From assembly GCA_003537575.1 (NCBI GenBank), contig DPRS01000016.1, forward strand, positions 1,898 through 65,897: DNA of 64,000 bases, in the 5' to 3' direction. The position numbers and the translations under genes were made by a program. The DNA is from Oxalobacteraceae bacterium (GTDB taxonomy: Bacteria; Pseudomonadota; Gammaproteobacteria; Burkholderiales; Burkholderiaceae_D). Below are positions 29,358 through 37,065 of this stretch, piece after piece (the stretch's first letter is position 1; the number at the start of each line of letters is the position of its first letter). The notes under the pieces are model-generated. The model was not told the DNA's origin, ran no database searches, and saw only the letters and a list, made by a program, of their open reading frames with translations.

Positions 29358-30722
29358 TCATTCCCCGTGCGCCGTCTGCCATGCCGCGTAGTCGGACGGA
29401 CGCAGGCCATAGCGTGCCAGCACGCCCTCGTGCAGGCGGCGGAGCTCTTCGACGATCAGGGCCTGCACGCTGGGTTGCTCGTGTGCGGGCACCCGTTCCG
29501 CCACGGATCGCTGAATGCTGGCAATCGGATCAAGTTCCGGATGCGTGATGATCTCGCGGATGGCTTGCTTGATGAGGTCGCGCCAGGCCAGGCGCAGGGG
29601 GTCGGGCTCCGCCAGGTCCTGCTTGATGGCCAGGTATTCCTGGGTCGAGCGCTCGTAGGCCCAGACATAAAGATCGCGCAGCAGCTCCACGCGCGTCATT
29701 TCATACACCCCGAGCGTGGCCCGACTGTAGGCCTGCTCCGGCACGTCCAGAAAAGTCAGCGGGCATAAATTGGCGCGGAACAGCGGCAGATTCGCGGCCA
29801 GTCGAGAGGTGCGTTTATTTATGTCGGCAAAAGGCTGCAGGTAGGGCAAGTGCACCATCATGAAGAAGGACTGCTCGAACGCATCGGCAATCTGGCTAGC
29901 CTTGCCGAGCAGTGCGTCCAGCGCCAGGCCGATCTGCTGTGGCGCCGATAGCGGGCGATAGACGCTTTTGCCAATATCCACGGCATGCTGACGAATGCGA
30001 CCCTCGTCCGCAGGGTTGGGCAGCAGGTTTTCCGCCAGGGCGCTGTGCAGGTTCAGCAGGGTGTAGCGGTTGAACCCGGCACTGTCGATGTTTTCGACCA
30101 GCAGTTCGATCGCCGTCTTGTGGTTCAGGATCATCTGGGTTTCGATGGCGGCCTTGCCACGCGCGGCCTTGCCGTGCTCGATGAGTTCCCGCGTATCGAG
30201 CCGGGAATAGGTGTTGCCTTCCAGATGGCTCGATGCCCATGACAGGTCGATCAGCAAGCGGTTCAGAATGGCGCGGCTGTAGGTGCCTGCGGGCGCGTCA
30301 ACGTCAGCGGTTCTGCCCATCTTGTGCAATTGGCGGCGCAGCGAGGCGGACAAGTACCAGGTCTCGTTGGGACGGTAGGCGTCCAGAAAATCACGCTGGT
30401 GGCCTACAGGCTTGCGCGCTTCCAAAGGCTGGTCGATATAAGCAAGGATGTCCTGGCTGTCGGCAGACAGGGGGATGAAACTGGGGAACCTGTCGGCTCG
30501 GGCGCTCACCTCATCGGCAGTGGGAACCTGGGTGGCAGAGCCAACATAACGGCGCGCTCGGCCATTACCTGAAGCCGCGACCTGACCGGACTCGATCAGC
30601 TTCGCGATCAGGCGCTGTGCCGTTCGCCTGGGAATGCCGGGGTGGTGAGTCTGCAATTCGGCCAGCGTCAATCCGTTCCCGGATGCCTGGATGGTGTTCA
30701 GTAAGTCGGTGCTGGAAGACAT
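29358..30722 (-). CDS. Fic/Doc-family protein with N-terminal winged-helix domain; non-canonical active-site motif
   Basis: The N-terminus is GLTLAELQTHHPGIPRRTAQRLIAKLIESGQV. The Fic core has LQPFADINKRTSRL where HxFx(D/E)GNGRxxR is expected. The start is ATG 30722 or TTG 30758. Confidence 0.8.
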   Translation of the reverse strand: MSSSTDLLNTIQASGNGLTLAELQTHHPGIPRRTAQRLIAKLIESGQVAASGNGRARRYVGSATQVPTADEVSARADRFPSFIPLSADSQDILAYIDQPLEARKPVGHQRDFLDAYRPNETWYLSASLRRQLHKMGRTADVDAPAGTYSRAILNRLLIDLSWASSHLEGNTYSRLDTRELIEHGKAARGKAAIETQMILNHKTAIELLVENIDSAGFNRYTLLNLHSALAENLLPNPADEGRIRQHAVDIGKSVYRPLSAPQQIGLALDALLGKASQIADAFEQSFFMMVHLPYLQPFADINKRTSRLAANLPLFRANLCPLTFLDVPEQAYSRATLGVYEMTRVELLRDLYVWAYERSTQEYLAIKQDLAEPDPLRLAWRDLIKQAIREIITHPELDPIASIQRSVAERVPAHEQPSVQALIVEELRRLHEGVLARYGLRPSDYAAWQTAHGE

Positions 30723-30762
30723 CGCTGAATTGGCGCTGTTTGACAATAAGTGGCGCAATTAT

Positions 30763-30824
30763 GGCGCAGTTTATCGAACTGCGCCATTTTTTTGCTGTGA
30801 AATTGGCGCAGTTTATCGAGCTGC
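30763..30824. promoter_or_regulatory. direct repeat of a 20-nt element in the divergent fic / abiEi intergenic region
   Basis: GGCGCAGTTTATCGAaCTGC lies at 30763-30782; extended to 30785 it forms the palindrome GGCGCAG-N9-CTGCGCC. GGCGCAGTTTATCGAgCTGC lies at 30805-30824, 42 bp away. Extra TGGCGC motifs occur at 30731 and 30751. Confidence 0.45.
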
Positions 30825-30920
30825 CGTGGCATCGAAGGTTCCTCTGCGGCCACTGACTGGAGCTGCCAAGTGCAAATTGCAGTTTGTCAGATACTGATTT
30901 ATACTTCTGACATAGGAGTC

Positions 30921-31523
30921 ATGACCATGAGCCATCTTGCCGAGAACATCTTGTCTGCTGCCCAGGCTATGCCCGAGGGCGGCTTGTTGTCGCCCAAGGA
31001 ATTCCTGCATCTGGGGTCGCGGGCGGCCATCGACAAAACCTTGTCCCGGTTGGCTCAGGAGGGAAAGTTGCTGCGCGTGAGCCGAGGTGCCTATGTCGCA
31101 CCCCATCAAGGTCGATTTGGTGCCCGTCCCCCGTCGACCGAATCCGTGGTGCAGGCCATCGAAGCCCGCTGTGGCGAAACGGTGGTAGCCAACGGCGCAA
31201 CCGAAGCCAATGCGCTGGGCCTGACCACGCAAGTGCCAACCCGCGAGGTGTTTTTGACCTCTGGCGCATCCCGTACCCTGCAACTTGGCAGCCGTTGCGT
31301 GGAACTCAAGCACGGTAACCGCTGGCAATTGATGCTGGGCAAGCGACCTGCAGGCAAGGTGATCCGTGCGCTGTCATGGCTGGGACCGGAGGCCGCACCG
31401 GCGGCGTTGAAACAACTGCGCTCCAAACTGCCCGAGTCCGAATGGGAGGCCGTGCGTGGTGCGCGGGCCATGTTGCCGAGCTGGATGGCCAAAGTAGTCA
31501 GCGAGGCAATGGTGTATGGCTGA
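30921..31523 (+). CDS. AbiEi-like (DUF6088-type) antitoxin
   Basis: The ATG follows AGGAG. It has a wHTH N-terminus (GSRAAIDKTLSRLAQEGKLLRVSRGAY) and overlaps the downstream toxin gene by 8 nt. Confidence 0.75.
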   Translation: MTMSHLAENILSAAQAMPEGGLLSPKEFLHLGSRAAIDKTLSRLAQEGKLLRVSRGAYVAPHQGRFGARPPSTESVVQAIEARCGETVVANGATEANALGLTTQVPTREVFLTSGASRTLQLGSRCVELKHGNRWQLMLGKRPAGKVIRALSWLGPEAAPAALKQLRSKLPESEWEAVRGARAMLPSWMAKVVSEAMVYG

Positions 31524-32592
31524 GTCCTGGTTTTCACTCAGCCGGGACGATCAGGCTGAAGCCCTGGAATTTGCGGCGGCCCGCACTGGTCGGCCCGCGC
31601 ATTTGCTCGAAAAAGACATTTGGGTGGTCTGGGTGCTGTCTGCCATTTACGAATCCGGCTTGGCCAGCAAACTTACCTTCAAGGGCGGCACATCATTGTC
31701 CAAGGTTTACCGCATCATCGATCGGTTTTCTGAGGACGTGGATCTCACCTATGACATCCGCGAACTGGCCGCCGACCTCTTGAAGCAAGGTAACCCAATT
31801 CCCGAATCTGGCAGCCAGGAAAAGAAGATCAGCAGCGCGGTACGTCACCGCCTGCCCGACTGGATTGAGGCGACGGTCAGGCCGGTCATTGCATCGGCAT
31901 TGGCGAAAGCCGGGCTAGAAGCGGGCCTAGCACTAGCAGGCAAAGATAGGGACAAGCTGATCCTCGCTTATCCGGCGGTTAAAACGGGAACCGGCTATTC
32001 AGCGCCCACAATCCAGCTGGAGTTTGGTGCCCGTGCCACGGGCGAGCCGCATCATGTCCAGCCCGTGGCTTGCGACATTGCTCCAGAAATTGAAGGCGTC
32101 ACTTTTCCTGTCGCCCAACCCTTGGTGATGGCGGCAGAACGCACCTTCTGGGAAAAGGCCACCGCTGCGCACGTGTATTGCTTGCAGGGCCGACTGCGCG
32201 GCGAGCGCTATTCGCGTCACTGGTACGACTTGGCCGCCATCGCAAAAACGCCGCACTTTGCTGCGGCCTGCGCCGATCATATTTTGGCTCGAGCCGTTGC
32301 AGAACACAAGTCAATGTTCTTCGTCGAAAAAGACGCTGCTGGAGCCAGGATCGATTACTTCGCAGCCGCCAGCGGCCAACTGCAGCTCATCCCAACGGGC
32401 GAATCGTTAACGGCGCTCGAAAATGATTACGCCGCAATGCTGGAAGATGGTCTACTGGCGCTGAGTCAGCCGAGCTTCGCCGACATCATTGAGCAGTGCC
32501 GCGTCATTCAGGATGAAGCCAATTCGGCAGGCCATGCAGGGCGAGCTCCGCAAGGCACTGGACGAGTTGGTGGAGCAGGCAAAAAAACTTGA
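31516..32592 (+). CDS. AbiEii/AbiGii-family nucleotidyltransferase toxin
   Basis: LLEKDIWVVWVL and KLTFKGGTSLSKVY..IDRFSEDVDL form the NTase motif typical of AbiEii. Confidence 0.8.
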   Translation: MAESWFSLSRDDQAEALEFAAARTGRPAHLLEKDIWVVWVLSAIYESGLASKLTFKGGTSLSKVYRIIDRFSEDVDLTYDIRELAADLLKQGNPIPESGSQEKKISSAVRHRLPDWIEATVRPVIASALAKAGLEAGLALAGKDRDKLILAYPAVKTGTGYSAPTIQLEFGARATGEPHHVQPVACDIAPEIEGVTFPVAQPLVMAAERTFWEKATAAHVYCLQGRLRGERYSRHWYDLAAIAKTPHFAAACADHILARAVAEHKSMFFVEKDAAGARIDYFAAASGQLQLIPTGESLTALENDYAAMLEDGLLALSQPSFADIIEQCRVIQDEANSAGHAGRAPQGTGRVGGAGKKT

Positions 32593-32735
32593 CAAGGGTT
32601 ACTGACGACGCCACGCCACGCCCCGCTGCGCAGCCAGAACTATCAAGCATTTTAGGATCGTTGCCTCACGGTGAATTTCCCGAATTACCGCTAACGATCA
32701 GTAGTTCCAATATGAATTTCATATGGAGAACTTTG

Positions 32736-33010
32736 ATGTCCAAAAATATCTCCGCCTGCTGTGGCCAGCCGTTCGAACCGCGTCAGCAGGTTCCCGGCTA
32801 GCCTACTGCTCCTCGCCTAACGTCAGCGCGCCCGTAAGCGCCAGGTGCAGCGGACCAAGCTTCAGTCAGATTCCGACTGCCGGATCAACCAGCGCACCCC
32901 CCAGCAGGCGTGGTCGCAGCGAAATTAAAAATACTGGCACGGCTACCAAGACTCTCGCCCCAGGTACGGGTGTAACAAACCTTCGTCGGCTGAAGTTCAT
33001 AAAAGCTAAA
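32736..33010 (+). pseudogene. decayed small Cys-rich (zinc-ribbon-like) gene
   Basis: MSKNISACCGQPFEPRQQVPG ends in a stop. Similarity continues in shifted frames (YCSSP... then RQRARKRQVQRTKLQSDSDCRINQRTPQQAWSQRN, stop, KYWHGY). That pattern fits a family I recall as CGKPFEP...YCS..C...RRR...DP.YR, here broken by frameshifts. Confidence 0.3.
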
Positions 33011-33172
33011 ACCTCATGCTCTCTATTGCAAAAAAGAAGAGATCAATGTTGTGATTCTGAAACCAACTTCTGGTTAAATGCACAATTGCAATCAATGCAA
33101 GGAGTCGATATGATGAAGTAATTATTGATTAATCACAATGTTGTGCAAAAGAAGCGTTTTGGGGGCAATTAC

Positions 33173-34381
33173 ATGGTGACAGAAGACGCAAGTACAAAAA
33201 TCGCCGGATATACATTTCAGTTTCAACGTGCTTTATATCGCATGTTTTCAAGCGAAAATGCCTCTACGATTATTGGCATTGAAACAGATGATGATGTAGT
33301 CGAGTTAAAACATAAACCTGATGGCTCGGTAGATGTTGTCTTCGAGCAGGATAAGAATTCGACAAAGAAAGTCGGCCAGCCATATCAAGATAGTAGTAAA
33401 AATTTGTGGCATACCTTGCATATTTGGTTGTCCGAAATGGACAACATGAGAAGCAAGTACCAGAACATATGCTACTCACTAGTCACGAATAAAAACGTGC
33501 CCCTTCATGCATTCGCAAGTCAATTGGGAGCGGCTCTATCCGACCAAGAAATAAAACAATGTATTAAGGAGATTCGCACAAAAGCAAAAGATGCTACCGG
33601 TGAATATGAAAAAAGTATCAAGGCAGTTGCAGCGTATGAGAACGAAAAACTGCAATTTTTGATAAAGAATCTGAAGATGATGGACAACTATGCTACCAAG
33701 TCCAATCAGCCTCCAAAAGAAGCAACGATCGAACTGTTTCAGTTGCCTGACGAGCTAAGATCAATGGGCGAGGAAATTTATCAGAGCTTATTAGGGCTGC
33801 TGGTAGATAGGTGCCAAGATGCTTGGTTAAAAAAAGAACAAATTTGGCTTACTAAATCAATATTTACAACACGCCTACGATCAGAAATCGACTCACGTAA
33901 GATTCAGCAATACGTGGAACGTCCATTACTGAGTACTGGATTTAGGAAGTACCTACAGGAGGGGGCGAATAATCACTTATTTCTTGTGCAGCTTCATCGG
34001 GTTGGGGCAACTACTAAGTTTTGCGATCTGGCTCTTGACGATTACTGGGGTTTTTATGCCGAACGTGTTCGTTTGAGAAAAGCGGGGAAAATTTTGCCAG
34101 ACGATTGGATAAATCGAGATTATGAATTACATCGACGTTGGAGCAAAATTTCAGAAAAAACCAAAATGAGCGGATTGTATGGTGCCAATTCTGATGCACT
34201 TGACATGGCCGTTTTGAACGAGACTATTGATGAGGGATATAAGGCAAACATTGGCAGCCATCCAACTTCATCTGCATATTTTACAGCTGGTAATTATCAC
34301 GATTTGGCTAATAGAGAAGGGGAAGCGCACTTTGTACATTGGCATTCATCATTTTGTCCAGATAACAAGAAAGATAAATAA
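33173..34381 (+). CDS. ABC-three-component-system effector candidate: N-terminal Cap4/DUF4297-like nuclease domain + C-terminal helical domain
   Basis: The N-terminus AGYTFQFQRALYRMF...IGIETDDDVVEL...VVFEQDKN resembles the GYxYQ plus acidic/Lys signature of DUF4297 restriction-fold nucleases. It is the first gene of a tight three-gene AT-rich operon. Confidence 0.65.
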   Translation: MVTEDASTKIAGYTFQFQRALYRMFSSENASTIIGIETDDDVVELKHKPDGSVDVVFEQDKNSTKKVGQPYQDSSKNLWHTLHIWLSEMDNMRSKYQNICYSLVTNKNVPLHAFASQLGAALSDQEIKQCIKEIRTKAKDATGEYEKSIKAVAAYENEKLQFLIKNLKMMDNYATKSNQPPKEATIELFQLPDELRSMGEEIYQSLLGLLVDRCQDAWLKKEQIWLTKSIFTTRLRSEIDSRKIQQYVERPLLSTGFRKYLQEGANNHLFLVQLHRVGATTKFCDLALDDYWGFYAERVRLRKAGKILPDDWINRDYELHRRWSKISEKTKMSGLYGANSDALDMAVLNETIDEGYKANIGSHPTSSAYFTAGNYHDLANREGEAHFVHWHSSFCPDNKKDK

Positions 34382-34389
34382 GGTGATAA

Positions 34390-34881
34390 ATGAACCACGG
34401 ATATATAGATACGAATCTGGTTCAGAATAGTTCTCTAGCATGCTTCATACTAACTACCTTTGTTAAAAGGTATGAGATAAACAGCGCTAGGACAAAAAAG
34501 CCCGAACTCATGAAGCTATTGCTTGTTTTGCCCATTGTATGGCATGAAGATAGTTGCAACGCTATCAAAAGCCGATTTCTTTCGACACCATTGCAAGCAG
34601 TGCTAGCAGAATGTCCAGAGATTAAGTATGAATTTGAAAAAAGATTAGGCGCATTTTCCCCTATAGCTCTGCAAGGCATTAACTTGGCGTGTGCGTCAGG
34701 GTTGTTACAAACGGTTTATGAGAATGAAACTCCTTATTTGTCTACGAATTTCGATAGATGGCCCCAAGGCAGTAAGCCGAATGAAATGCCTTCAGAAATG
34801 ATCGCTGCTATTGAGCGTTTATCTGTCTGGTTCAGAGAAAAGACAACGGCACAACTCTATAGTTGTTTAATTGAAGGCTAG
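34390..34881 (+). CDS. ABC-three-component-system middle component
   Basis: 163 aa with SLACFILTTFVKRY...ELMKLLLVLPIVWHEDS, which fits the small helical middle-component proteins found between effector and DUF3732 ATPase. The gaps to its neighbours are 8 and 3 nt. Confidence 0.6.
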   Translation: MNHGYIDTNLVQNSSLACFILTTFVKRYEINSARTKKPELMKLLLVLPIVWHEDSCNAIKSRFLSTPLQAVLAECPEIKYEFEKRLGAFSPIALQGINLACASGLLQTVYENETPYLSTNFDRWPQGSKPNEMPSEMIAAIERLSVWFREKTTAQLYSCLIEG

Positions 34882-34884
34882 CCA

Positions 34885-36882
34885 ATGGAATTCCACATAG
34901 AAAAATTAATTCTTTGGCCGATTAATAAAGCTAACGAAATTCACACCTTACCATTTGAAGATGGCGTAGTTAACGTTGTGCATGGTCGTAGTAGAACCGG
35001 CAAATCTTCTATTATCTCGATCATTGATTACTGCTTGGGCGCAGGCAGATGCACTATTCCGGTTGGGAAAATTCGCGATTCCGTCGCTTGGTATGGATTG
35101 CAAATTAACATTAAAGGCAGGTCATTTATCGTAGCTAGAAAAACACCTGGAACTGGTTTAACTAGCAAAGAATTTTATCTGCGACCATTTGAGGATGTTA
35201 TTCCAACGGATTTAGTGAGTACTCATAAAGAAGATAAATTTAAACATGCATTTAACAATTTAGTTCGGCTAACTAATCTAACGTTAAACCACGGAGAAGA
35301 GGTCGGTCAGCATGATGGGCGTCCATCGTATAGAGACCTTGCCGCGTTTAATTTTTTGCCTCAACACATTGTGGCAAATCCAAATACTTTATTTTATAAA
35401 GCCGACACATATGATCATAGGGAGCGCCTAAAAAAGGTCCTGCCCTTAGCTTTGGGTATTGTAAGTAGCGAACATCTCGCGAAAGAACGTGAAAGAGCGA
35501 GGTTGCAGCGATTGCGAGATGACCTCGCAAAGCAGCTAGAAGTAAAGAAGAGATCGATGGCTTCATGGGATGCTGAAGTAGATCTGCTTTGGGGAGTAAG
35601 TGTTGAACTTGGTTTGACAGAGGAAAGCAGTGTAAACAATGTGGCTAATCGGTTGCAGACGCTTCGTAACATAAATGATCTTTATGCTGCGGGAAAATTA
35701 ACGAGCATATTACGCGTGCCGAGCTATCAATACACTAATCAGAAATATAAGGAAATAAAGGAAGAGGAAGAGACTCTGCAAGCAAAGGTAGATGACTTAC
35801 GCAGAGAAATCCGTACGTATGAGAATTTGGCTCGCAGAGGAAAGGAGTTCTCAACTGCGGTTAAAGATGAACGAAATAGTGTTGTTAATCTTGGCTGGTT
35901 AAAAAGCAGAATTGGGAGTGAAAACCATTGTGTGGTTTGTGGCTCAGCATCTAATCAGTTGCAAGGCGTAATAAATAATCTTGAGGTTCAGGTCGAGAAA
36001 GTCAAAGCACTTTCTGATGTAATGTTTGAAAGCCCTATAGTGGATAAGGAAGTTGAGACCTCCAAGCAAAAGTTATCTCAGCAGCAGGAGTTGCTTCACA
36101 AAGCAAGAACTACTCGCATGCAGCTTGAGAAACTGGAAGAAGGTTCAAAAGATTCACTAAGCAAGGTGTATGTTTTACTTGGTCGAATTCAAGCACTTTT
36201 GATGGGTATTTCTGTTATTGAAAACTCCGATGAACTTTCTCAAAAAATTGCGGGCATCGATTTAGACATTTTAGAGCTTGATAAATATTTACAAGAATCT
36301 GATAAAAAAATTCGCGAGGAACAAGTAGATAAACGAATTAGTGGATTGATTTGGAAATATGCAAATGGTTTTGAGTTGGAAAATCGTGGATTTATCAAGC
36401 TTGACAAAAATGAGCTTACACTTTGCTTCGATAAATCACCTGACAATAAAAAGGATAGCAAGAAGGAATATTTGTGGGAGGTCGGTAGCGGAGCTAACTG
36501 GATGGGCTATCACATTGCCACATTTTTGGCGTTACATCAGTTTCTAGTGGAAGGCCCGGAGCAGAGTTCTCCAGTATTTAGCTTCTTGGTTATTGACCAA
36601 CCTAGCCAAGTGTATTTTCCAAGTGCCAACTCAGGAGCTAATGAATTAGATGTGGAAGGCGAAAAATTCAAACAGCTAATTTCAGACCGTGACGACGATG
36701 TAAGGGCAACCAAGAAAATCTTTGAAATGCTGACGCGCGGCCTACGCGACGCGAAACATCGCTATCAGATAATTGTATTGGAGCATGCTGATCAGTCGAT
36801 TTGGGGCAACTTCTCAGGCATTAATGAAGTCGCTAACTGGAAACCGAAAGGCACAGGACTGATTCCAGCTTGGTGGAACTAA
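34885..36882 (+). CDS. DUF3732-type SMC/Rad50-like ABC ATPase with coiled-coil insert
   Basis: The N-terminus has VVNVVHGRSRTGKSSIISIIDYCLGAGRCTIPVGKIRD (Walker A). A long coiled coil spans roughly residues 190-470. Walker B/D-loop is FLVIDQPSQVYFP and a His switch lies in VLEHAD. Confidence 0.8.
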   Translation: MEFHIEKLILWPINKANEIHTLPFEDGVVNVVHGRSRTGKSSIISIIDYCLGAGRCTIPVGKIRDSVAWYGLQINIKGRSFIVARKTPGTGLTSKEFYLRPFEDVIPTDLVSTHKEDKFKHAFNNLVRLTNLTLNHGEEVGQHDGRPSYRDLAAFNFLPQHIVANPNTLFYKADTYDHRERLKKVLPLALGIVSSEHLAKERERARLQRLRDDLAKQLEVKKRSMASWDAEVDLLWGVSVELGLTEESSVNNVANRLQTLRNINDLYAAGKLTSILRVPSYQYTNQKYKEIKEEEETLQAKVDDLRREIRTYENLARRGKEFSTAVKDERNSVVNLGWLKSRIGSENHCVVCGSASNQLQGVINNLEVQVEKVKALSDVMFESPIVDKEVETSKQKLSQQQELLHKARTTRMQLEKLEEGSKDSLSKVYVLLGRIQALLMGISVIENSDELSQKIAGIDLDILELDKYLQESDKKIREEQVDKRISGLIWKYANGFELENRGFIKLDKNELTLCFDKSPDNKKDSKKEYLWEVGSGANWMGYHIATFLALHQFLVEGPEQSSPVFSFLVIDQPSQVYFPSANSGANELDVEGEKFKQLISDRDDDVRATKKIFEMLTRGLRDAKHRYQIIVLEHADQSIWGNFSGINEVANWKPKGTGLIPAWWN

Positions 36883-37065
36883 GAAAGTACGTGTATCGCA
36901 AGTTCAGGCTGCAGTTTGATCAATGCAGTCTGCCCATGCTTGGATAATAAGGCGGTGGCTATTTAAGTATTAGGCAATTTGATAAGTTCCTTTAACGCCA
37001 GGTGTCTTGTGGCTAAGTTGGCAGTCAAGTTAATTTGCAGTTCAGCCACTTTTATTCAACAGGAC

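Noticed and set aside
32723-33121. 132-aa ORF as a real gene
   Set aside because: It has Ser/Pro/Ala-rich low-complexity composition. It is better explained as an out-of-frame reading across a decayed Cys-rich gene.
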